A program made the translations under genes and the position numbers. From sequence record SRR22947725_802: 41,334 bases of DNA, one strand, 5' to 3'. The notes under the pieces are model-generated. The model was given only the letters and a program-made list of their open reading frames with translations. It made no database searches and was not told where the DNA came from. Shown here in pieces: positions 9,538 to 20,842 of the stretch. Numbering within the stretch: the first letter of the stretch is position 1; every line of letters begins with the position of its first letter.

Positions 9538-10929
9538 ATGGCGACTATGTATGATATGATTGTAATCGGTGCTGGACCTGGCGGTTATGTTGCAGCAATT
9601 CGAGGTGCACAATTAGGGCTGAAAGTTGCTATAGTTGAACGGGAGCATATGGGAGGGATTTGTCTCAACTGGGGCTGTATACCGACTAAAACTATGCTTC
9701 GATCATCCGAAATATTTCATCTAATGCATCGAGCAAGTGAATTTGGGTTATCTGCCGAAAATATTAGTTATGATCTAGAAGCTGTCGTAAAACGTTCTCG
9801 TGGAGTTGCATCACAACTTAATTCTGGCATTGGACATCTGTTAAAGAAAAATAAAGTTGAAGCAATAATGGGAAATGCATCAATTACATCAAAAAATACC
9901 ATTACAGTTAAAACAGACAAAGGCACAACAAAACTTCAAGGTAAAAATATAGTATTGGCAACAGGTGCTAGAGCAAGAGAGCTTCCTGGATTAGAGGCTG
10001 ACGGTGATCTAGTATGGACTTATAAAGCGGCTCTAACACCAACTAGGATGCCTAAAAAGCTATTGGTGATAGGGTCTGGTGCAATTGGTATAGAATTCGC
10101 AAGTTTTTATAATACGTTGGGTTCTGACACCACTGTTGTGGAAGTTATGGATCATATTTTACCTGTAGAAGATGAGGAAATTTCAAAATTTGCAAAAAAA
10201 TCTTTTATCAAGCAAGGCATGAAAATTTTAGAAAAAGCATCTGTAAAAAAATTAGATCGCCTCAAAGGCAAAGTAGTAGCTCATATCGAAATAAATTCTA
10301 CAATAGAAAAACAGGAATTTGACACAGTTATCTCTGCTGTAGGTATTGTCGGTAACATAGAGGATATTGGTTTAGAAACATTAAACATAAAAGAAGAACG
10401 AAGCCATGTTATTACAGATAAATATTGCAGAACAAACGTAGAAGGCGTTTATGCTATTGGAGATCTAGCTGCTCCACCTTGGTTGGCTCATAAGGCTTCT
10501 CATGAAGGTGTTATGGTTGCAGAACTTATTGCCGGCATGAATCCACACTCAATAAAACCAGAAAATATTGCTGGATGTACATACTGTTATCCTCAAATCG
10601 CTTCAGTTGGTTATACTGAAGCGACCGCAAGAGAAAAGGGATTTAATATCAAGGTTGGACGTTTTCCTTTCGTAGGAAATGGTAAAGCTATAGCACTCGG
10701 TGAATCTGAAGGATTAGTTAAAACAATTTTTGATGCAAAGACTGGGGAATTGCTTGGAGCACATATGGTTGGAGCTGAAGTGACTGAAATGATTCAAGGA
10801 TATGTAATATCAAAACAGTTAGAAACTACTGAACAAGATTTAATGGGTACTGTATTTCCACATCCAACTTTGTCAGAAATGATGCATGAGAGTGTATTAG
10901 ATGCATATGGGCAAGCAATACACATATGA
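9538..10929 (+). CDS. lpdA: Dihydrolipoyl dehydrogenase (E3)
   Basis: GAGPGGY FAD motif, CLNWGC redox disulfide, GSGAIG, HPTLSE. ATG 9538 chosen because GGAG lies at 9529-9532. Confidence 0.97.
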   Translation: MATMYDMIVIGAGPGGYVAAIRGAQLGLKVAIVEREHMGGICLNWGCIPTKTMLRSSEIFHLMHRASEFGLSAENISYDLEAVVKRSRGVASQLNSGIGHLLKKNKVEAIMGNASITSKNTITVKTDKGTTKLQGKNIVLATGARARELPGLEADGDLVWTYKAALTPTRMPKKLLVIGSGAIGIEFASFYNTLGSDTTVVEVMDHILPVEDEEISKFAKKSFIKQGMKILEKASVKKLDRLKGKVVAHIEINSTIEKQEFDTVISAVGIVGNIEDIGLETLNIKEERSHVITDKYCRTNVEGVYAIGDLAAPPWLAHKASHEGVMVAELIAGMNPHSIKPENIAGCTYCYPQIASVGYTEATAREKGFNIKVGRFPFVGNGKAIALGESEGLVKTIFDAKTGELLGAHMVGAEVTEMIQGYVISKQLETTEQDLMGTVFPHPTLSEMMHESVLDAYGQAIHI

Positions 10930-11696
10930 TTTCAAGTTTACGAATGTATGAATTTCCAGAGATACAAGGTGCATTGAATAATTATTGGAATTTAATACAT
11001 AATGAGCTTTCAGATTCTGGAATTCAATCACCTGTCTCACTTGATATGACACTTAATGAGCAACAAGCATGGCTAAGTCCTAATCTTGTATTAGCTCAAA
11101 CTTGTGGAATGCCATATCGTAAGTTTTTACACAAAAAGGTTACATTAATTGGGACACCAGACTTTAATTTAAATGACTGCCCTAAGGGTTATTACAATAG
11201 TGTTTTCATATCTAATATAAATGACAATAGAAAATGTTTAACTGATTTTAAAAATGCTTTATTTACTTACAATATGGCTAATTCACAATCAGGATTAGCT
11301 GCAGCTTATTCTCATACAAGAAAAAATGATTTTTGGTTTAAGCATAGAATAATAAGTAAAAGTCATAAAAAATCTTGTGAAATGGTTGCCAATGGAAAAG
11401 CTGAAATAGCTTGCATTGACGCAATTACATGGAGGTATATTGAAAAATACACATCATTAAATAATTGTTTAAAAGTTATAACGAAGACTGATCCAACACC
11501 CGGATTACCATACATTTCTTCACTGGGCGCCAATCAAAGTTTAGTTTTCAGATCAATACAAATAGCTTTAGAGAAAATAGATAAAAATGATAAAGATATA
11601 TTAGGTATTAAAAATTTGGTATGGATTGATAAATGTTGTTATTTAAAATATTCAAATCCACCGTCTAAAGCCACAGCAAATGATGGATTTATTTGA
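10926..11696 (+). CDS. PhnD/phosphonate-binding-fold protein of unknown function, no signal peptide
   Basis: MISSLRMY start, QTCGMPY, YYNSVFI, NSQSG, AEIACIDAITW, PTPGLPYI resemble PhnD-like proteins. ATGA overlap with lpdA. Confidence 0.72.
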   Translation: MISSLRMYEFPEIQGALNNYWNLIHNELSDSGIQSPVSLDMTLNEQQAWLSPNLVLAQTCGMPYRKFLHKKVTLIGTPDFNLNDCPKGYYNSVFISNINDNRKCLTDFKNALFTYNMANSQSGLAAAYSHTRKNDFWFKHRIISKSHKKSCEMVANGKAEIACIDAITWRYIEKYTSLNNCLKVITKTDPTPGLPYISSLGANQSLVFRSIQIALEKIDKNDKDILGIKNLVWIDKCCYLKYSNPPSKATANDGFI

Positions 11697-11707
11697 TCCA
11701 GGAACTT

Positions 11708-12445
11708 TTAAGCGAATGCCAATCCAACAACATAGGCTACAATAGCGCACACACCACCCACTAATACTGTTTCACCAACACTTCTAAATATGTTCTGCCT
11801 TACGACCCAAAACCGAAGAAAACCCAGTATTGTTAACGCAAAAAAGGTAGAAAAAATTGATATTTGAAATGTTCCAGTATTTGCATCAAAAATGAAATAT
11901 GGCAAAAGCGGTATTATGCCAAAACAAAGGAAAGCTAAAAATGTTGCTAATCCATTAAGTATTGGGTTTTCTCCATTGGGATCTGCCATTTGTATTTCAT
12001 ACGCCATCATAAAATCTGCGTAATGATCAGGGTAATGTTCTAAAATATCAGTCATTTCTTTAGCGTGATTTAATGAAAAACCTCTATCTTGTAACATTTC
12101 AATAGCTTCAATACGTTCCATTTCGGGATTATTCTTTATTTCAAACAGTTCTTTTTCTCTTACTGAATGATACAAATCTTGTTCTGAGCGAGCTGATAGG
12201 AATTCCCCTAAACCCATTGCAGCGCCGTCTGCAAATAGATTAGCTAACCCAAATAATAAAACTGCTATTCCACCAATTTCTGCAATCCCACCAGCACCAG
12301 CTCCTGCAAATCCAGCAACAACTGCAAATGTAGTTACTATACCGTCATTCCCACCATAAATAATTTGTTTAATAAATTCTGCAACCGGACTTATGTGGTG
12401 TTCTCGGCCCTTATGCTCGGCCATTTTTTCTGATGAAGTAATCAT
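11708..12445 (-). CDS. VIT1/CCC1 family Fe/Mn transporter
   Basis: IIYGGNDGIVTTFAVVAG, ANLFADGAAMGLGEFLS, acidic cytoplasmic domain, FGIIPLLPY. Start could be ATG 12424. Confidence 0.92.
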   Translation of the reverse strand: MITSSEKMAEHKGREHHISPVAEFIKQIIYGGNDGIVTTFAVVAGFAGAGAGGIAEIGGIAVLLFGLANLFADGAAMGLGEFLSARSEQDLYHSVREKELFEIKNNPEMERIEAIEMLQDRGFSLNHAKEMTDILEHYPDHYADFMMAYEIQMADPNGENPILNGLATFLAFLCFGIIPLLPYFIFDANTGTFQISIFSTFFALTILGFLRFWVVRQNIFRSVGETVLVGGVCAIVAYVVGLAFA

Positions 12446-12716
12446 ACCTTCCTACTAACTTGTGCTAATTAAAAGAACCAGAAAAAAATAAAAAATCTAT
12501 ATTTTTCAATATCTAAAATGTACATAAACAAATTTATTAACAATAATTAAAAGACAGTTTGTTCGCAAATTAGTGAATGAACTTTCTTGTGTGAAGACTT
12601 GCGATTATGTTATGTTATTAATCAAATATATGACGAGTCGGGCGTAATCTTATATAAAACCTACTCTGATTTACCAAATTTTAAAAAATATTCTTTTAAG
12701 AACAAGTTGGAGCTAG

Positions 12717-14858
<2,142 letters not shown>

Positions 14859-14877
14859 AATATTTAATACATAAAAA

Positions 14878-14909
14878 TTAATAAGGGCTAATATTTTGGC
14901 CCTTATTGA
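14878..14909 (+). terminator. Hairpin terminator downstream of katG
   Basis: AATAAGGGCTAA / TTGGCCCTTATT inverted repeat about 20 nt after the stop codon. Confidence 0.7.
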
Positions 14910-15061
14910 TAATCTTAATATAACCATTTATGTGTTAAAATAATTTGTATAATTAGAGATTAATTACACATTTTAATGTTTTCAGGTAATTTATTTAGGT
15001 TTTTCATACAATACTTCTGATTTTAGATTATATATGAGGCTAACACACAAGGATTTATTTT

Positions 15062-16012
15062 ATGCGTGACTTAAATATCCCATCAGAACGTCATCCAGAA
15101 AAAGCAAATAAGCCTGACAATGCTCAACCTAGCAAGCCATCATGGATCCGTGTTAAGGCACCAATTTCCGACGGTTATAAAAAAACACGTGATATTATGC
15201 GTGAAAATAAATTAGTCACTGTTTGTGAAGAGGCTGGGTGTCCAAATGTTGGTGAATGTTGGTCTCAAGGGCATGCAACAATGATGATCATGGGTGAGGT
15301 CTGTACTAGAGCTTGCACATTTTGCAACATAGCTACAGGCAAGCCACCAGAAGATTTAGATGTATTTGAACCTGGAAGAGTTGCAGATGCAGTTAAAAAG
15401 CTTGGATTAAAACATGTTGTTATTACATCTGTAGATCGTGATGACGTTCAAGATGGTGGTGCCGAACACTTTGCGCAAACAATACGTGCTGTTAGAAAAC
15501 AATCACCCGATACTACGATTGAAATTCTTACCCCAGATTTTATTAGGTGTGATGATAATGTTTTAAAAGTCGTGGTTGATGCAAAACCAGATGTTTTTAA
15601 TCATAATTTAGAAACAGTACCTGGCTTATACCCAGAAGTAAGGCCTGGCGCGCGCTATTTCCATTCATTAAGACTGTTGCAACGTGTGAAAGAAATAGAT
15701 CCTACAATGTTTACTAAGTCAGGTATTATGGTTGGCCTGGGTGAAAATAAACAATCAGTAGTTCAAGTTATGGATGACATGCGAGCAGCTGATATTGATT
15801 TCCTTACAATTGGCCAATATCTGCAACCCACACCAAAACATCATGCTGTTGATAGATTTGTTACTCCTGATGAATTTCAGATTTATGAAAAAACTGCTTA
15901 TAATAAAGGTTTTTTAATGGTTTCTGCCACGCCATTAACTCGCTCAAGTTATCATGCTGGCGATGACTTTTTAAGACTTAGACACGCAAGAATGTCAAAA
16001 TTTGGTAAATAA
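15062..16012 (+). CDS. lipA: Lipoyl synthase
   Basis: [12 protein letters not shown] auxiliary-cluster motif, CTRACTFC radical SAM motif, RSSYHA. Confidence 0.98.
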   Translation: MRDLNIPSERHPEKANKPDNAQPSKPSWIRVKAPISDGYKKTRDIMRENKLVTVCEEAGCPNVGECWSQGHATMMIMGEVCTRACTFCNIATGKPPEDLDVFEPGRVADAVKKLGLKHVVITSVDRDDVQDGGAEHFAQTIRAVRKQSPDTTIEILTPDFIRCDDNVLKVVVDAKPDVFNHNLETVPGLYPEVRPGARYFHSLRLLQRVKEIDPTMFTKSGIMVGLGENKQSVVQVMDDMRAADIDFLTIGQYLQPTPKHHAVDRFVTPDEFQIYEKTAYNKGFLMVSATPLTRSSYHAGDDFLRLRHARMSKFGK

Positions 16013-16054
16013 TTATGGCTTGGTAGAGTTGATGTACTACACAAGCCAATTATT
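16008..16054. terminator. Probable bidirectional terminator between convergent lipA and helicase genes
   Basis: TGGCTTG-GTAG...CTAC-A-CAAGCCA stem with flanking AATAAT/ATTATT. Confidence 0.55.
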
Positions 16055-16062
16055 ATTGCTGT

Positions 16063-17658
16063 TTATCTACGAGGGGATTTGTTTCCGCCACCTCTAAATG
16101 GTTTTTTACCAGACTTAGAATTATTCCTACTATTATTATCACGAGGTCCTGAGCCCCTTTTTGAATTTGCACCACCACCACGTCTTCGTGGTGCGGGCTT
16201 TTCAAAGTTTGGAATTAAATTTTGGGTGAGACCTTCCATTTCAACAACTGGAATATCCATTTTGATAACTTTTTCAATATCCCATAATTGTTTATGTTCA
16301 TCGGGGGCGCAGAATGCAATTGCTTTTCCATCAGCGCCAGCTCGTGCTGTACGTCCAATTCGATGAACGTAAGATTCTGGTACATTGGGTAAATCAAAAT
16401 TAATAACAATTTCTATACCTGGAATATCTATGCCTCGTGCCGCTATATCTGTTGCGATAAGTATATAAGTTTTACCTTTTTTGAAATCATCCAGTGCTCT
16501 TTGTCTTTGACCTTGTGATTTATTACCATGAATTGCATCAGCGCCAATATTTTGTGTTCCTAACCATTTTACTAATTTATCAGAGCCATGCTTGGTTCGG
16601 GAAAATACAATAACGCGTTTTTTAGGATTTGCAGATATAATTCTTTGTAATGCCAAGCCTTTGTTTTGTTTAGATAAATGCATTAAGCTCTGCTCAATTT
16701 TATCTACTGTGGAATTTTCTGGTGTAACAGACACTTGAACAGGATCGGTTAAATAAGTTTCTGTTAGTTTTTTAATTTCCTTTGACATTGTAGCAGAAAA
16801 TAAGAGTGTCTGACGGTCTTTATTAACTTTTGATATAATGCGCTTAACCGCAGGCAGAAAGCCTATATCAAGCATTTGATCAGCTTCATCTAAAACTAAA
16901 AATTTTGTTTCATCTAATCGCAATCCCTTTTGATCAACAAGATCTTCAAGTCTTCCAGGAGTTGCTACTAAAATATCAACACCTTTAGACAGATCACGCA
17001 TTTGTTTTCTAATAGGAGCGCCACCAATCGCATGGGTAAAGTTTAGTGGTAATCTTTTTCCAAAGCTCACAAATGCTTCATGAATCTGTAGTGCTAATTC
17101 ACGCGTAGGTGAAAGAATTATAGCTCTTGCTGAACGACCCTTTATTGCTATTGGATTCATTAATAATTGTTGAATTAATGGTAATGCAAATGCAGCTGTT
17201 TTACCTGTACCCGTTTGAGCTAGCCCAACTAAATCTTTGCTGTTTAAAACTGCTGGAATTGCCTGAGATTGGATCGGAGTTGGTAATGTATATCCTAGAA
17301 AACCCAATGCTTTAACTATTTCTGCATCTAGGCCTAATTTTGAAAATGCACTTGCATCAGATTTAGGTTGCTCTACCCGCTGTTTTTTCTTTTCATCACG
17401 GTTTTTTGGTTTTGACGACGAGGAAGTTAATAATGAAGCTTCGTCTTTTTTAAGTATAGTTACGTTTGATGCTGCTTTTTTTCCAGTTTTTTCATCAAGT
17501 AATAACTCGTAAGTTAGCATGTCACCTTCTTTGACAACTTTTAGGCCTGAAGCTTTAAGGGCTGACATATGTACAAAAACATCATCGCCCCCTTGATCAG
17601 GGTTTATAAAACCTAAACCTTTTACAGGATTATACCAAATTACTGTGCCTGTTAGCAT
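16063..17658 (-). CDS. Cold-shock domain fused to RhlE-like DEAD-box RNA helicase
   Basis: aa 1-~69 CSD (GTVIWYN, KGLGFI, VFVH); helicase motifs PTPIQ, AQTGTGKT, PTRELA, TPGRL, DEAD, SAT, ARGID, HRIGRTAR; R/G/K/N-rich tail. Confidence 0.93.
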   Translation of the reverse strand: MLTGTVIWYNPVKGLGFINPDQGGDDVFVHMSALKASGLKVVKEGDMLTYELLLDEKTGKKAASNVTILKKDEASLLTSSSSKPKNRDEKKKQRVEQPKSDASAFSKLGLDAEIVKALGFLGYTLPTPIQSQAIPAVLNSKDLVGLAQTGTGKTAAFALPLIQQLLMNPIAIKGRSARAIILSPTRELALQIHEAFVSFGKRLPLNFTHAIGGAPIRKQMRDLSKGVDILVATPGRLEDLVDQKGLRLDETKFLVLDEADQMLDIGFLPAVKRIISKVNKDRQTLLFSATMSKEIKKLTETYLTDPVQVSVTPENSTVDKIEQSLMHLSKQNKGLALQRIISANPKKRVIVFSRTKHGSDKLVKWLGTQNIGADAIHGNKSQGQRQRALDDFKKGKTYILIATDIAARGIDIPGIEIVINFDLPNVPESYVHRIGRTARAGADGKAIAFCAPDEHKQLWDIEKVIKMDIPVVEMEGLTQNLIPNFEKPAPRRRGGGANSKRGSGPRDNNSRNNSKSGKKPFRGGGNKSPRR

Positions 17659-17820
17659 GTTTGTATTCGCTCTCTAGATTTATGCCTGTATGCCATACGG
17701 CGCTAATACAGACTATTGTTGGCTAAAACCTAGGGATCCAGTATTGCGAATCGCCGTCAAATGTTTATACACCTGGCCAGCCGAAGTTGATCTAATAGGT
17801 GACGTAGGCGATGAAAACAA
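17659..17820 (-). promoter_or_regulatory. Putative promoter and structured 5' leader of the CSD-helicase gene
   Basis: Minus strand TTGTTT(17820-17815)-N17-TATTAG(17797-17792), then a ~130-nt, relatively GC-rich leader with several pairable stems. Confidence 0.5.
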
Positions 17821-17870
17821 GCGTGTTTATCAAATGATTTTTAGAACTTGATTTTGAATTTGTTGGTTAA

Positions 17871-18407
17871 TTATTTAAAGACAACTTTTCCAATGTGATC
17901 TAAATTTCTATTTCTTTGGGCATAATCAATCCCATAGCCAACAACAAATTCATCAGGGATCTCAAACCCAATCCAATCAGCTTTTATTTCTACTTCTCGT
18001 CTCGCGGGTTTGTCTAAGAGTGCACACACCTTTAACCTAGCTGGCTTTCTAGATTCTAATAATGTCTTTACATGATGTAATGTATGGCCTGTGTCTACTA
18101 TATCTTCGATAACTAAAACATCTCGACCTTCAATTTCACCCCTCAAATCTTTTAAGATCCTGACTTCACGAGAACTTTCAGTAGAATTTCCATACGAAGA
18201 AGTTTCCAAAAAATCGACTTCGCATGGTAAATCTAATTCTCTTGCTAAATCTGCAATAAAAACAAATGATCCTCGTAATAGACCAACAACAATAAGTTTA
18301 TCTGTATTTTTGAAATATAGAGATATATCCTCGGCAAGTTCTTCACATCTTGCAGCAATTGATTTTGCTGAAATCATTGTTTCGACATTATAATTTGAAT
18401 GATCCAT
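17871..18407 (-). CDS. hpt: Hypoxanthine phosphoribosyltransferase
   Basis: [24 protein letters not shown] (PRPP loop), [17 protein letters not shown] 18407 preferred over GTG 18419. Confidence 0.96.
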   Translation of the reverse strand: MDHSNYNVETMISAKSIAARCEELAEDISLYFKNTDKLIVVGLLRGSFVFIADLARELDLPCEVDFLETSSYGNSTESSREVRILKDLRGEIEGRDVLVIEDIVDTGHTLHHVKTLLESRKPARLKVCALLDKPARREVEIKADWIGFEIPDEFVVGYGIDYAQRNRNLDHIGKVVFK

Positions 18408-18444
18408 TACTGCTTTCACTTGAAAATTTAATAAATATAAAAAA

Positions 18445-18473
18445 ATTTTAGTTTATTAACTCTTTTGCATCAA
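18445..18473 (-). promoter_or_regulatory. Putative sigma70 promoter of hpt
   Basis: Minus strand TTGATG-N17-TAAAAT. Confidence 0.45.
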
Positions 18474-18540
18474 TGAAAAAATTTACTCAAATATATACTT
18501 TCTTAATGACGAATGATTTTAATTTAAATAGAACAAGATT

Positions 18541-18984
18541 ATGCCAACACATACAGAAAAACGTATTATGCCCTACACTGCAAAACAGATGTATGATCTT
18601 GTTGCAGACGTTGAGACTTATCCTGATTTTTTACCTTGGTGTGCAGCAACAAGAATAAGAAAAGTGACAAAAGATAGTCATAAAACTATAATTGAAGCAG
18701 ACTTAATTATTGCCTTTAAGGTTTTTCGAGAGCGTTTTGGATCTAGAGTAACGCTAAAGGCTGAGAAATTTTCAATAGATGTAGAGTACCTAGATGGGCC
18801 ATTTAAATATTTAAATAATCATTGGATCTTTCGAGATGTTGATGGCGGGTGTGAAGCAGATTTTTTTGTTGATTTTGAATTTAAGTCAAGGGTCTTACAG
18901 GCACTCATAGGCGTTGTTTTTAATGAGGCAATGCAAAGAATTGTAAAGGCATTTGAAATGCGAGCTGATGATTTATATAAATAA
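18541..18984 (+). CDS. Coq10/RatA(PasT)-like START-domain protein
   Basis: QMYDLVADVETYPDFLPWC, GPFKYLNNHW, FVDFEF, AFEMRADDLY. Confidence 0.9.
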   Translation: MPTHTEKRIMPYTAKQMYDLVADVETYPDFLPWCAATRIRKVTKDSHKTIIEADLIIAFKVFRERFGSRVTLKAEKFSIDVEYLDGPFKYLNNHWIFRDVDGGCEADFFVDFEFKSRVLQALIGVVFNEAMQRIVKAFEMRADDLYK

Positions 18985-18999
18985 TTCAACAATTTAAAT

Positions 19000-19024
19000 G
19001 GCTCCAATAAAAAATATTGGAGCC
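19000..19024. terminator. Bidirectional terminator between convergent Coq10-like gene and amt
   Basis: Perfect 10-bp inverted repeat GGCTCCAATA-aaaaa-TATTGGAGCC. Confidence 0.8.
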
Positions 19025-19030
19025 TAAAAT

Positions 19031-20212
19031 TTATGATGCCATGTCATATGCACGTTCACCATGAGATGACTGATCTAGGCCGGTAAGTTCGCTTTCCTCC
19101 GAAACGCGAATAGGGCAAAATAATACAACAATTTTTACAATTAAATATGTTGCAATAATAGTAAATATGCCAACAACTAGTAGTGATCCAAGTTGTTCAG
19201 TCCAGCCTGCATACCCAAAAGTAGCTAGCATTATTGTACCAAATATTCCACCAACGCCGTGTACTGCAAATACATCAAGTGTATCGTCAATTCTGAACCA
19301 ACCTTTTATTACTTCACACATTATTTGGCACAGTACACCAGCTATTGAACCAATTAACATGGCTTCAACTGGAGATACCCATCCTGAAGCTGGAGTAATT
19401 GAGGCTAATCCTGCAATTGTACCTGTAACAAGTCCAACTAAAGATGATTTACCATACTTTATCCGTTCATATAGTGCCCAAGTTAGTGATGCTGATGCCG
19501 CTGAAATATGAGTAACTGTTATTGCCATAGCAGCTCCACCGTCTGCAGCTAGCTGAGATCCGCCATTAAAGCCAAACCATCCTACCCACAGCATTGCAGC
19601 GCCAAGCATTACATATCCTGGATTATGAGGTGGTACGTTTTTGTTTAATCTTGGACCTAAAGCAATTGCAACAACCAGAGCCGCTATTCCAGCTGTTTCA
19701 TGTACTACAATACCGCCAGCAAAGTCTTTAACTCCGTTTGTGAATAATGATCCATCAGCACCAGATAAAAGTCCTCCGCCCCAAATCCAATGTGTCACAG
19801 GTGCGTAAACAAAAAGCATCCAGAGTGATGAGAAGGTTAATACAAAAGAAAAAGATACCCTTTCAACATACGCACCCACTATTAGGGCTGGTGTAATTAT
19901 GGCAAATGTCATTTGAAATGCAAAAAATAAAACTTCAGGAATTGTGCCAAATAAAGTAGTGGAATCTACTCCTGAGAGGAACATTTTTCCAATGCCACCC
20001 CAAAAGATATTCCCATCGCCAAAAGCTATTGAATATCCAAAGCTAAGCCATAAAATTGACATCAAACAAGCTATAGCAAAGCACTGCATAAATACAGAAA
20101 GAACATTTCTTGCTCTAACTAAACCACCATAAAATAATGCCAAACCAGGCAGTGTCATAAACAAGACAAGAGCAGTTGCTACCATTATCCAAGCTGTATC
20201 AGCACCGTTCAT
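19031..20212 (-). CDS. amt: Ammonium transporter (Amt family)
   Basis: DTAW, PGLALFYGG, FQMTFA, DFAGGIVVH, WFGFNGGS, DDTLDVFAVHG (twin His), GLDQSSHGERAY tail. SD GGAG. Confidence 0.96.
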   Translation of the reverse strand: MNGADTAWIMVATALVLFMTLPGLALFYGGLVRARNVLSVFMQCFAIACLMSILWLSFGYSIAFGDGNIFWGGIGKMFLSGVDSTTLFGTIPEVLFFAFQMTFAIITPALIVGAYVERVSFSFVLTFSSLWMLFVYAPVTHWIWGGGLLSGADGSLFTNGVKDFAGGIVVHETAGIAALVVAIALGPRLNKNVPPHNPGYVMLGAAMLWVGWFGFNGGSQLAADGGAAMAITVTHISAASASLTWALYERIKYGKSSLVGLVTGTIAGLASITPASGWVSPVEAMLIGSIAGVLCQIMCEVIKGWFRIDDTLDVFAVHGVGGIFGTIMLATFGYAGWTEQLGSLLVVGIFTIIATYLIVKIVVLFCPIRVSEESELTGLDQSSHGERAYDMAS

Positions 20213-20302
20213 AATATAATCTCCAAATGTTTAAATCCGTTTGAAGAAAAACTAATATTTTATAAAGATTAAACTTGCTTAACTTAAGTTTGATGCATAA
20301 AT

Positions 20303-20319
20303 TGTATATAAATTAGGCA
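20303..20319. promoter_or_regulatory. Candidate NtrC-binding site upstream of amt
   Basis: TGTATATAAATTAGGCA (reverse complement TGCCTAATTTATATACA), close to TGC-N11-GCA with an AT-rich core, about 90 bp upstream of amt. Confidence 0.5.
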
Positions 20320-20365
20320 TATTTACATGAATGGTTGAATTATTGTGCGATTTAGGAAAATGTTA

Positions 20366-20842
20366 TTAGTGATTATTTAATTCTTCTAGTATTAAATTTA
20401 ATGCATATTCAGTTGCCATTTTTCTTACGTTATCACGCCCAAGAGAACCAAAATACTTTGTATAAGAGCGTGTTGTGCCGTCTTGAAGGGCTAACCCAAA
20501 GCATACTGTGCCTTCTTCTTTGTGTTCAGATCCTCCGGGCCCTGCAATACCTGTAACAGACAAAGAAAGGTTGGCTAGGGAATTTTTTAATGACCCAACG
20601 GCCATTTCAATAGCTATCTCTTCACTAACAGCACCAAATAAATTTAAAGAATTCTGCCTAACATCAAGCATTTTAATTTTTGCTTCATTCGAATAAGTCA
20701 CAAAACCTCTATCAAAAAAATTTGAAGATCCTGGTATTGCAGTTAATTGACTGGAAATCATTCCACCAGTACAGCTTTCAGCTGTTGTTAGTCGCCATCT
20801 AAGTTTTTTTGTAAGTTTTAGAATGTTTTCCACATTAGTCAT
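20366..20842 (-). CDS. pncC: CinA C-terminal domain / NMN deamidase
   Basis: TAESCTGG, GSS, VTYSNEAK, GAVS, SVTGIAGPGGS. ATG 20842 overlaps the pgpA stop (ATGA), so it is preferred over 20878. Confidence 0.88.
   Translation of the reverse strand: MTNVENILKLTKKLRWRLTTAESCTGGMISSQLTAIPGSSNFFDRGFVTYSNEAKIKMLDVRQNSLNLFGAVSEEIAIEMAVGSLKNSLANLSLSVTGIAGPGGSEHKEEGTVCFGLALQDGTTRSYTKYFGSLGRDNVRKMATEYALNLILEELNNH

Noticed and set aside
18541-18984. Type II toxin-antitoxin system (RatA/PasT annotation)
   Set aside because: No RatB/PasI partner is adjacent, and the family is the Coq10 ubiquinone-binding START protein, a normal neighbour of lipA in alphaproteobacteria.
20269-20282. Possible CtrA box upstream of amt
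   Set aside because: Spacing is TTAA-N6-TTAA rather than N7, and TTAA is frequent in this AT-rich DNA.
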